From the IMG/VR virus record IMGVR_UViG_3300016644_000039, positions 1 through 50,539 of that record: a stretch of DNA of 50,539 bases; one strand, 5' to 3'. The translations under genes and the position numbers were made by a program. Shown here in pieces: positions 1-7,869 of the stretch. Position 1 is the stretch's first letter, and every line of letters starts with the position of its first letter. The notes under the pieces are model-generated. The model searched no databases. It had not been told where the DNA came from and was given only the letters and a program-made list of their open reading frames with translations. This DNA is from a virus. Its lineage: Duplodnaviria; Caudoviricetes.

Positions 1-4
1 CATG

Positions 5-226
5 TCAGTCTCCTTTGAAGTCGCTCACTTTGAGCACGGGTTTGTCCAGGGCCAGCAGCATCCACTCGAGCGTCTGCTTGAGGTCCTGCGGGGTTTCGCT
101 GCCCAGGGTTGCTGGGGCGTAGCCCATGAGTGAGCCGTCGTCCTCGTAGAAGACTTCGTGGATTTCGACCCACGGCTCGTTGCCGTTCTCGTGGGCCAGG
201 TCGATCAGGCGGTAGTTCCAGTGCAT
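5..226 (-). CDS. hypothetical early protein (73 aa, MHWNYRL...)
   Basis: ORF track 5..265; GAGGA SD favours the ATG at 226; GC3-rich codons. Confidence 0.7.
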   Translation of the reverse strand: MHWNYRLIDLAHENGNEPWVEIHEVFYEDDGSLMGYAPATLGSETPQDLKQTLEWMLLALDKPVLKVSDFKGD

Positions 227-289
227 GGTGTCCTCATATCGGGTTAGGTGTTCGGGGCTGCCCATAGGGGATGGGCGGGGCGTACTCGG

Positions 290-496
290 TCACAGCTTGA
301 CCTCGTGGGTGTCGTGTTCGTAGTTGATCTGAACCCCCAGTTGCAGGATGTGCCGGAGGTCGGGCTCGGTGAGCGTTGCCTGATGCAGCAGGCTGGCGAA
401 GGTCTTGGCCTTGGGGCAGGCCGGGTAGTAGACGACCTTGCCGTAGAGGGTTCGCGGCTTGATGGTGATCGTGAGTGCTGCGGATGGGTTGTCCAT
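290..496 (-). CDS. hypothetical early protein (LYGKVVYYPAC motif)
   Basis: ORF 290..505; AAGGTG SD before the ATG at 496. Confidence 0.65.
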   Translation of the reverse strand: MDNPSAALTITIKPRTLYGKVVYYPACPKAKTFASLLHQATLTEPDLRHILQLGVQINYEHDTHEVKL

Positions 497-501
497 GGGG
501 G

Positions 502-663
502 TCACCTTGCGAAGCGTTGGGCCAGATACTCGTGGTATGCAGCCTCGGGGTCATCTGAGTCGAAGGGGTTGGGGGTGTCCTCGAGCTCGAATATGAAGGG
601 CTCGTCGTCCGCAAAGTCGGTGTCGCGGGGCGAGGGAATGGTGATGAGATGGGTTCGATCCAT
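502..663 (-). CDS. small acidic hypothetical protein (53 aa, MDRTHL...)
   Basis: Strong AAGGAGG SD before the ATG at 663; D/E-rich. Confidence 0.65.
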   Translation of the reverse strand: MDRTHLITIPSPRDTDFADDEPFIFELEDTPNPFDSDDPEAAYHEYLAQRFAR

Positions 664-703
664 GATTGGAATCCTCCTTTCGAGGGGTGGTTGGTGATTG
701 GGG

Positions 704-1204
704 TTACTCGGGGATGGCCGGCTTGCTGGCTCGGTAAGCGATCCACAAGGCGTTGGGGGCGTCCAGCCCTTTGGCCTCGAAGGCATCCAGCAGCTCCACA
801 ATCTGCTCGTGGGTCATGCCTTCGTATTGCTCGAAACCCGCCGCGCCTTGCTGGGCGTTCTTCCATGCCACCATGCTGCGAGGCAAGGGCATGTCCGTGT
901 GAGGGATGTTGCCGCCCTGGACTCGCAGGCTCTCGATGGTTGACCGGACGCGCTGATACTCAGGCTCAGTCCACGACGATGGCAGGTCGGCCATGAGGGT
1001 GTGGTATTCCTCGAAGGCCTGGTCTCGCTTGTTGATCTTGGTCGGCGCTGGCTGTGATCGCTGCGCTTGGGTGTTCAGTGTTTGGCGCTCGTACTCAGCG
1101 AAGAGTTTGCGGAGCAGGGCGGTTACCGGCACGAATTCATGCTCAGCAGCAGCGACCATCCGGGCGTGCTCGTCGTCAGGCAGGCGAAGGTTGACGTATT
1201 TCAT
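704..1204 (-). CDS. Arc/ribbon-helix-helix DNA-binding protein with C-terminal extension; candidate repressor
   Basis: N-terminus MKYVNLRLPDDEHARMVAAA..VTALLRKLF fits the RHH pattern; AGGAG SD. Confidence 0.65.
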   Translation of the reverse strand: MKYVNLRLPDDEHARMVAAAEHEFVPVTALLRKLFAEYERQTLNTQAQRSQPAPTKINKRDQAFEEYHTLMADLPSSWTEPEYQRVRSTIESLRVQGGNIPHTDMPLPRSMVAWKNAQQGAAGFEQYEGMTHEQIVELLDAFEAKGLDAPNALWIAYRASKPAIPE

Positions 1205-1236
1205 GGCTGGAATCTCCTAACAGGCAGTGTGAACGA

Positions 1237-1288
1237 AGTGTGTTTTGAACACACTCAAAGTATACACGGAATATACGCAGAACACACT
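1237..1288. promoter_or_regulatory. palindromic operator AGTGTGTT-ttg-AACACACT plus a half-site, flanking a leftward -10 (TATACT, 1259-1264)
   Basis: Perfect 8-bp inverted repeat at 1237-1255; AACACACT again at 1281-1288; just upstream of the RHH gene. Confidence 0.55.
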
Positions 1289-1310
1289 AACAGCAGGTGT
1301 TTTTTGGGCG

Positions 1311-1650
1311 TGTCTTGCCTAAATATTAAGCAAATAGACAAGACAGACGGGCGTCGAGACAGATGGCCAAGACAAGGCGCGTTCGTAAGTGGTTGATTTA
1401 TATAGGAAAAGACAACAAGACAGTTTTGGGAAACGATCAGCCAGAAATTAGGAGGTAGAGAGGGTATGTCGCCATGGGCTTGACCCCCTCTCTCCCCTCC
1501 AAAAGTCTCTGACCCTCTAAATAGCTGTCTTTTTGTCTTTTTGTCTTGAGTGAGTGAGTGAGAGTCTTGAAAGTCATGGAAAATCAACAACTTAGCGCAC
1601 CACGGGACTCAAGACAGAACTCAAGACAGTTTTGGAGGCTGTCTTGAGTT
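1311..1650. repeat. putative replication origin: 13 AGACA/TGTCT motifs and two inverted IHF consensus sites
   Basis: 8 forward and 5 reverse AGACA copies; TAAGTGGTTGATT at 1386-1398 and AATCAACAACTTA at 1582-1594; AT-rich and non-coding. Confidence 0.55.
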
Positions 1651-1675
1651 ACCTACTAACATACACACGTACTGG

Positions 1676-2182
1676 TCAGGCGGCGATGGCGGCCTTGGAC
1701 TCGGCCTGCTGGGCCTTGGCTTCCTTGGTGAAGTACTCGGCACCAGCGACCAGCTCGACGGCGGCGGCCTTGAGCTCCATCAGCTTGGACAGGGTGGCGT
1801 TGGGCTTCTGGGCTCCGGTCTTCTTGTCGGTCGTGTAGCCGCCCGACTTGGACAGCTTGACCTTCATGATGCGGGCTTCCATCTGGTCGGGCAGGGACTC
1901 GAAGGCGGCGCGGTTCGAGATGACGATGGGCTCGCCCAGTTGCGCGGCGAAGTACTCGCCAGCGGGCTTGTAGTTGCAGGTCGGGAAGGCGGCTTGCTTG
2001 GCGATGGCTTGGAGCCCGCCGTTGGCGATGCCGGCGCGGGCGGCCTGGCCCATCTTGCCCTTGGCGTTGGCCAGGGCCATCTTGGTGTAGGGGGAGGCTT
2101 GGTGCACGACGCTGAGCTGGCGCTCGGTCTTGGTCTTGCCGATGACGTCGATGATGGCGGGAGTGAATTGCGCGAGTTCCAT
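1676..2182 (-). CDS. hypothetical early protein (168 aa, MELAQFTPA...), first gene of the early transcript
   Basis: AAAGGA SD before the ATG at 2182; strongly GC3-biased codons. Confidence 0.8.
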   Translation of the reverse strand: MELAQFTPAIIDVIGKTKTERQLSVVHQASPYTKMALANAKGKMGQAARAGIANGGLQAIAKQAAFPTCNYKPAGEYFAAQLGEPIVISNRAAFESLPDQMEARIMKVKLSKSGGYTTDKKTGAQKPNATLSKLMELKAAAVELVAGAEYFTKEAKAQQAESKAAIAA

Positions 2183-2635
2183 GATGATTCCTTTGTGGAA
2201 GGGGTGATTGAAATGGACTAAGGCGATGCACACGGTATGCGCATCGTGTAGCCCACTTGCGTGGGGCTTTCGGGCTTGCTGTTCTTGGCGCCCGTGGATG
2301 CCTCACCGACCCTTGTGCATAGGTGGCCGGTACCTGCTAACGTCTTTCCGCTAGTCTCTGCCCGCAGGGATTCTTACCCGCTGGGTCAGCGCAGTCCCTT
2401 TACCCCGAAGGGTGACGCCCACCTGAGCGCCGGGTCGGCCGTGCCATAAAGGCCCGGTTGCATTGTCGGATGCGCTTTGAATCTCGCACCTATGGGCGTG
2501 CCAATAGCCCATGACTCCAGATTGTTAAAGATCGGCGGGTCAGTCCACGCCAGTCCCTCACAGCCCCGAAGTGCCGCCCGAGCCCCGTAGTGCTCAGAAA
2601 GAAGAACCTTTGCAGTCACGGTGCGATCACCGTCC
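2183..2635 (-). ncRNA. putative long structured leader RNA containing an rrn-type boxA
   Basis: Many hairpins, including cUUCGg and GCAA tetraloops on the minus strand; long-range pair CATAGGTG/CACCTATG; GATCTTTAACAAT at 2521-2533. Confidence 0.5.
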
Positions 2636-2692
2636 CACTGTAGGCGCAGTTCCTAACGGCCTGCCCTACACCATAGGCGCAACTCCTAACCG
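2636..2692 (-). promoter_or_regulatory. tandem leftward promoter-like repeats (GTTAGGAnnTGCGCC-TAYRGT) with a 33-bp period
   Basis: Direct repeat TAGGCGCAnnTCCTAAC at 2641 and 2674; each copy ends in a -10-like hexamer on the minus strand. Confidence 0.45.
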
Positions 2693-2858
2693 ACACCCCC
2701 GGTGGTGGGTCCAATCGCTCCGTGGCCCCGCCCCCGCGCCTACGGGGGCCTCACATCGCAAGCCCAAAATTCACGACATACACACGTTCCCAAAGTCCAC
2801 AACGCCACAGAACCCCGCACTCTCACGGCCGACCCCTTCACAAAACAGCAAAACCCCC

Positions 2859-2890
2859 TACAATGCACATACACACGTACCCCCTAACAC
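2859..2890 (+). promoter_or_regulatory. rightward promoter (-10 TACAAT) with an ACATACACACGTAC site near +1
   Basis: TACAAT at 2859-2864; motif at 2867-2880 recurs at 1659 and 2776. Confidence 0.45.
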
Positions 2891-2891
2891 C

Positions 2892-3017
2892 ATGAACTTC
2901 ATCAAGAACGTAGGCAACTGGGCCCTCCTGATCGCTCTGTCGGCGGTGCTTGTCGTGGGCATCGGCTTCTGGTCGCGCCTCATGAAGCTCCTGTTCTGCA
3001 TTGGCTATGGCTGCTGA
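2892..3017 (+). CDS. small single-pass membrane peptide (41 aa)
   Basis: MNFIKNVGNWALLIALSAVLVVGIGFW...; 3' end of ORF 2571..3017. Confidence 0.6.
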   Translation: MNFIKNVGNWALLIALSAVLVVGIGFWSRLMKLLFCIGYGC

Positions 3018-3018
3018 A

Positions 3019-3177
3019 ATGACCCGCAGGAACGTCTTCCTGCCAGACCCCCTCTACGACAAGGCCACCAAGCTGGCCGAGCGCAAAGGCGTCAAGACCG
3101 CCGACATCATCCGCACCGCGTTGGAGAAGTACCTCCAGGCCGTGGAGAAAGCCGAGGCCGCGCGTGCTACCCAGTGA
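3019..3177 (+). CDS. CopG/RHH DNA-binding protein (52 aa; absent from the ORF track)
   Basis: Translated by hand: MTRRNVFLPDPLYDKATKLAERKGVKTADIIRTALEKYL...; classic RHH pattern. Confidence 0.8.
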   Translation: MTRRNVFLPDPLYDKATKLAERKGVKTADIIRTALEKYLQAVEKAEAARATQ

Positions 3178-3688
3178 AGTTGACATCGGCGACGAGCCGC
3201 TCGAGTGGCGCCCGGCCACAAAGTCGTTCCCGCAGATCAGCGAGGAGATGGTCAGCTCCATTGCCCTGGGCATGGAAGACGAGCTGGTCGTTGCTGCTAG
3301 ACACGACATGTCTGTGGAGCAATACCAGGAGCTGCAACGTCAACCCTGGTTCCAGGCACAGGTAGCCGCCAAGCGGGCCGACCTCGAGAAAAACGGCGTC
3401 ACCTTCCGCGCCAAGGCGGCATGGATGGCCAGTGACCTGCTCGACCAGGTCTACCTCCAGGTGTCATCGAACGACGCCTCTCTGGCTCAGAAGCACGACG
3501 TGCTCAAGACCCTCATCAAGGCCGGCGGCCTCGAGCCCAAGGACGAAAAGCAGAAGGACACTGGGCCCACCTTCGCCATCAACATCGACCTGGGCGGCGG
3601 GCAGTCCATCTCCCTGACCAGCGGCAACACAATCACCCCGCAGGCCCCGCCCACCATCGACGTGGAGACGAAAGAGCTTCCTGAATGA
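3164..3688 (+). CDS. putative terminase small subunit
   Basis: Directly upstream of TerL with an ATGA overlap; C-terminal FAINIDL strand. Confidence 0.6.
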   Translation: MLPSEVDIGDEPLEWRPATKSFPQISEEMVSSIALGMEDELVVAARHDMSVEQYQELQRQPWFQAQVAAKRADLEKNGVTFRAKAAWMASDLLDQVYLQVSSNDASLAQKHDVLKTLIKAGGLEPKDEKQKDTGPTFAINIDLGGGQSISLTSGNTITPQAPPTIDVETKELPE

Positions 3689-5157
3689 GCAGTACCTACA
3701 AGCCGACCGAGACCCAGCGTGACTACATGCTGGACCCCCAGTACGTCCGCGTGCTCGCGGGCCCGGTGGGTGGTGGCAAGTCCGTCACCTGCGTGCACGA
3801 GCTCGTGCGCCTGGCCTGCGGGCAGGCTCCCAACGCGCAGGGCAAACGCAAAACGCGGGCGGTCATCGTGCGTAACACGGCCGACCAGCTTGCGCTCACG
3901 ACGCGCAAGACCGTCTTCGACTGGCTGCCCCCGGGCCAGGCAGGGGTCTGGAAGGCGGTGGAGAAGACCTTCATCCTCATCGCCAAGCTGCCAGACGGCA
4001 CGGTGGTGGAGTCGGAGTGGCTGTTCATCGCGCTCGACACCCCGGACGACGTGCGAAAGGCGCTGTCGCTGGAGACCACATTCTTGTGGGGCAACGAAGC
4101 CCGGGAGCTGCACCCGGACGTCGTCGACGGCCTGCTCGGTCGTCTGAACCGCTACCCGTCGATGAAGGACGGTGGGCCCACGCGGTCTTGCGCGCTCTTC
4201 GACACCAACATGCCCGACGAGGACACCTGGTGGCACGACAAGATGGAGAACCCACCGTCGAACTGGGCGGTGTACAAGCAGCCCCCGGCCATCATCAAAC
4301 CCGAGCGCTTCATGGAGGAGTTCGGCGAGGAGCCCGAAGAGGTCCTGCTGGACAAGGACGGCGGCGAGTGGGTGGTCAACCCCAAGTGCGACAACTACGA
4401 CCACCTGCCCAAGCAGTACTACCCCAACCTGATCCCAGGCAAGACCGAGGACTGGCTGCGCGTGTACCTGCGGTCCGAGTACGGGCGCTCGCTCTCGGGC
4501 ACACCGGTGTACGAGAAGACCTTCGTGCCGGACTTCCACATCGCCAAGGACAAACTCAACCCCATCCGGGGCGACGCCAACCCAGTCATCATCGGGATCG
4601 ACTTTGGACGCACACCCGCAGCAGTCTTCAAGCAGCGCGACCCGAGGGGCCGTGTGCTCACTCTTGGCGAAGTCACCGCCGAGAACATGGGCATCGAGAC
4701 CTTCGTCAACACCAAGCTCAACCCCTACATCGCCAACCACCTCTCGGGGTGCACCTTTGTGTGCGCTCCTGACCCGGCGGGCTTCGCCAAGCAGCAGTTG
4801 AACGAGCTCTCGCTCGTCGACGTGCTCAAGCAGGCGGGCTTCAAGTGCGTGCGGCCCCCGACCAACGACCCGGAAAAGCGCATCCAGGCGGTCGAACGGC
4901 TCCTGAACCAGCAGCTCGAGGGCCGGGCGATGTACCTGGTGGACCCCCGGTGCGAGACGCTCATCAAGGGCTTTCGCTACGGCTACCGGTACAAGATCAA
5001 GAAGAACGGGGACATGGAGGACAAGCCGGACAAGAACAGCTTCTCCCACATCCATGACGCCAACCAGTACGCCGACTCGGTGCTGGACATGAACGTGCGC
5101 GGCGTGGCCCATAGAGGGGGCAAGCGCGAGATCAAGAAGGCCGACTATACATACTAA
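3685..5157 (+). CDS. terL: terminase large subunit
   Basis: Walker A GPVGGGKS; WGNEARE; coupling motif DTN; nuclease GIDFG and HIHDANQY. Confidence 0.93.
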   Translation: MSSTYKPTETQRDYMLDPQYVRVLAGPVGGGKSVTCVHELVRLACGQAPNAQGKRKTRAVIVRNTADQLALTTRKTVFDWLPPGQAGVWKAVEKTFILIAKLPDGTVVESEWLFIALDTPDDVRKALSLETTFLWGNEARELHPDVVDGLLGRLNRYPSMKDGGPTRSCALFDTNMPDEDTWWHDKMENPPSNWAVYKQPPAIIKPERFMEEFGEEPEEVLLDKDGGEWVVNPKCDNYDHLPKQYYPNLIPGKTEDWLRVYLRSEYGRSLSGTPVYEKTFVPDFHIAKDKLNPIRGDANPVIIGIDFGRTPAAVFKQRDPRGRVLTLGEVTAENMGIETFVNTKLNPYIANHLSGCTFVCAPDPAGFAKQQLNELSLVDVLKQAGFKCVRPPTNDPEKRIQAVERLLNQQLEGRAMYLVDPRCETLIKGFRYGYRYKIKKNGDMEDKPDKNSFSHIHDANQYADSVLDMNVRGVAHRGGKREIKKADYTY

Positions 5158-5204
5158 CAGTGTGTCAAGTATGATATGGGGGACTACGGTGTGAGGAATT
5201 ACCC

Positions 5205-7325
5205 ATGCAACAACTCGGCCTGAAGACCCCAGCGGTCACTAACATCGGCGGAATTCTGCCGGTGCAGTCCCTTGCCTCCATGCAGGCAGAAGAGGACGAA
5301 GCTGCTGCGGCGATCAGCCGAGCGCAGGAAGCCAACAACCAGCCAGTGATTTCCTCGCTGGTCGCGCACATCAAGAACCACTGGAGCCTGGCCAAGAAGG
5401 CCAAGCAGCAGCCCGAGCTGGACATGCTGTCCGCCGTGCGAAGCCGCCGGGGCGACTACGACCCCGACGTGCTGGCACGCATCCGCAAACAGGGCGGCAG
5501 CGAGATTTACATGATGCTGTTCGCCACCAAGGCGCGACAGGCCAAGGCGCTGCTCACCGACGTGCTCATTGGCGCGGGCACCGAGAAGCCCTGGACCATC
5601 ACCCCCACACCCAAGCCCGAGCTGCCTCCCCAGGAGGTCAGCGCCATCATGCAGGCCGTGCAAGAGCAGGTCATGCAGCTCGAGATGATCGGGCAGCCGG
5701 CCTCCGTTGCGGACATCCGCCAGGCGCTGCTGGACGCCAAGCAGAACCTCGAGAACCAGGTCATGGAGACCGCTCGCATCTACGCCGAGCGCGCCGAGAT
5801 CAAGATCGAGGACATGCTGGTCGAAGGCGGCTGGCAGGAAGCCCTGGACCAGTTCCTGGACGACCTGATGGTCTTCAAGACGGCCTTCATCAAGGGCCCG
5901 GTCGTGCGCAACAAGCGCCAGCTCAAGTGGGAGCAGCAGCCCGACGGCACCTTCCAGCCCACCACCGTCTCCGAGCGCAAGGTCGAGTGGGAGCGCGTTG
6001 ACCCGTTCAACATCTACCCGGCTCCCTGGAGCCGCTCGGTGCACGACGGCTACCTGATCGAGCGCCACAAGCTCTCGCGCGGCGACCTGAACGAGCTCAA
6101 GGGCGTCGACGGCTACAACGACGACGCCATCACGGCGGTGCTGGACGAGCACGGTCGCAACGGCCTGCACGAGTGGACCCAGGTGGACAACATGCGCGCC
6201 CAGGCCGAGGGCCGCGACACCCTGGCGGCCAACCAGAACTACTCCGACCTCATCGACGCACTCCAGTACTGGGGCTGCGTGTCGGGCAAGCACCTGATCG
6301 ACTGGGGCATGTCCAAGGACGAGGTGCCAGACCCGTCCAAGGAGTATGAGGTCGAGGCCTGGCTGATCGGCAACTGGGTCATCAAGGCCGTCATCAACCC
6401 CGATCCGCTGTACCGCCGCCCGTACTACGCCGACGGCTACAGCCGCATCCCGGGCGCCTTCTGGCACAACAGCCTGTACGACTGCATCAAGGACTGCCAG
6501 GACATGTGCAACAGCGCCGCCCGCGCGCTGGCCAACAACATGGGCATTGGCTCCGGCCCGCAGGTGAGCGTGAACGTCGACCGCATCCCGGCCGGCGAGG
6601 ACATCACCGAGATGTACCCCTGGAAGATTTGGCAGACGACGAGCGACCCGATGGGCTCCTCGGCCAAGGCCATCGACTTCTTCATGCCGGGCAGCAACGC
6701 CAACGAGCTGATGGGCGTGTTCCAGAAGTTCGCCGAGCTGGCCGACGAGTACAGCGGCATCCCGCGCTACATGACCGGCCTGGCAGGCGGGGAGGGCGGT
6801 GCCGGCCGCACGGCCTCGGGCATGTCGATGATGATCGGCAACGCCTCCAAGCAGATCAAGCAGTCGGTCTCCTCCATCGACATCCACGTCATCGCACCTT
6901 CGGTCGAGCGCGCCTACCAGTGGCTGCTCCAGTACGACCCGGATGCGGACCTCAAGGGCGATCTGAAGATCGTCGCGCGCGGTGCGCTGTCGCTCGTCAC
7001 CAAGGAGGCTGCCCAGGTTCGCCGCAACGAGTTCCTGCAAGTGGCGCTCACCAGCCCGCTGGTGCAGCAGATCGTCGGCATGGATGGCGCTGCGGAGCTG
7101 CTGCGCGAGTCGGTCAAGGGTCTAAACATGAACCCCGACAAGGTCGTGCCCAGCACCTCGGTGCTCAAGGCCCGCGCCGCGCAGGCGCAGATGCAGCAGA
7201 TGGCCATGATCGAGCAGCAGCAAGCGCACGAGATGAACATGAAGCAGCAGGGCAAGTCCGGCTCCGGCCAGGAGCTGATGGACGGCGCCCCCGTCACCGA
7301 CAACTTCCAACCCACCCGCCAGTAA
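5205..7325 (+). CDS. portal protein
   Basis: 706 aa following TerL; RVDPFNIYP and RTASGMSM motifs; Q-rich tail. Confidence 0.85.
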   Translation: MQQLGLKTPAVTNIGGILPVQSLASMQAEEDEAAAAISRAQEANNQPVISSLVAHIKNHWSLAKKAKQQPELDMLSAVRSRRGDYDPDVLARIRKQGGSEIYMMLFATKARQAKALLTDVLIGAGTEKPWTITPTPKPELPPQEVSAIMQAVQEQVMQLEMIGQPASVADIRQALLDAKQNLENQVMETARIYAERAEIKIEDMLVEGGWQEALDQFLDDLMVFKTAFIKGPVVRNKRQLKWEQQPDGTFQPTTVSERKVEWERVDPFNIYPAPWSRSVHDGYLIERHKLSRGDLNELKGVDGYNDDAITAVLDEHGRNGLHEWTQVDNMRAQAEGRDTLAANQNYSDLIDALQYWGCVSGKHLIDWGMSKDEVPDPSKEYEVEAWLIGNWVIKAVINPDPLYRRPYYADGYSRIPGAFWHNSLYDCIKDCQDMCNSAARALANNMGIGSGPQVSVNVDRIPAGEDITEMYPWKIWQTTSDPMGSSAKAIDFFMPGSNANELMGVFQKFAELADEYSGIPRYMTGLAGGEGGAGRTASGMSMMIGNASKQIKQSVSSIDIHVIAPSVERAYQWLLQYDPDADLKGDLKIVARGALSLVTKEAAQVRRNEFLQVALTSPLVQQIVGMDGAAELLRESVKGLNMNPDKVVPSTSVLKARAAQAQMQQMAMIEQQQAHEMNMKQQGKSGSGQELMDGAPVTDNFQPTRQ

Positions 7326-7335
7326 GGAGCACACC

Positions 7336-7560
7336 ATGGCAACCAAACCATTCGCAGGCAAGGACACCAAGGCCGAAGAGCGCAAGGAGGCCAAGATGGT
7401 CCGCTCCGGCAAGATGACCCCCGCCCAGTACGCCGCCAAGGAGAAAGCCGAGGGCGGCAAGCACGCGAAAACGTCGAAGTCGACCTTCGAGGCGCGCGGC
7501 AAACAACTGGCCAGCGGCAAGATGTCCGCCGGCGCGTACGCAAAAAAGTTCGGCAAGTGA
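7336..7560 (+). CDS. small Lys-rich protein
   Basis: AAGGAG SD; internal duplication SGKMTPAQYA/SGKMSAGAYA. Confidence 0.75.
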   Translation: MATKPFAGKDTKAEERKEAKMVRSGKMTPAQYAAKEKAEGGKHAKTSKSTFEARGKQLASGKMSAGAYAKKFGK

Positions 7561-7570
7561 CTAACAGCGC

Positions 7571-7601
7571 TTGACAAGCTAACAAAAGTACGTTGTAGAA
7601 T
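7571..7601 (+). promoter_or_regulatory. sigma70-like promoter TTGACA-19-TAGAAT overlapped by CTAACA motifs
   Basis: Read directly; predicted +1 lies near the ATG at 7610, suggesting a leaderless mRNA. Confidence 0.5.
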
Positions 7602-7609
7602 TGCAACAA

Positions 7610-7804
7610 ATGGATCGCAACGCAGAGTTTGAACTGTTCACCCGGTTGTGCCGGGAGCCGAAACTCAAAGAGTGGCTTCAGAGCAAACTGGATGCAGAGA
7701 TTGCGGTCCTGTTAGTAGCTGAGGACGTGCGAGCAGCCCAAGGCAGGGCCAGGCTGCTGCAACAGATGATTGATCTTCTGGACGCCGCCAAAGCGAAGCT
7801 GTGA
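7610..7804 (+). CDS. small head-region protein
   Basis: AAQGRARLL motif typical of the small gene between portal and scaffold. Confidence 0.7.
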   Translation: MDRNAEFELFTRLCREPKLKEWLQSKLDAEIAVLLVAEDVRAAQGRARLLQQMIDLLDAAKAKL

Positions 7805-7869
7805 ATTAGCCGGTGTTCACCCGGCCACAACCTGAGAAACCCGAAAGACCGGGTACAGGAGAACCTTAG

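Noticed and set aside
1311-1650. CRISPR or mini-array
   Set aside because: Repeats are 5-10 bp, irregularly spaced and in both orientations; no cas genes (the Cas4-like nuclease is a stand-alone replication-block gene)
2183-2635. Hammerhead ribozyme or group I intron; ORFs 2261..2449 and 2386..2619
   Set aside because: No CUGANGA/GAAA core or group I P7 motifs seen; the ORFs lack an SD and codon bias
2695-2752. G/C-run hairpins as a pac site or genome terminus
   Set aside because: Position upstream of the terminase genes is plausible, but nothing in the sequence alone supports it; read-end data are needed
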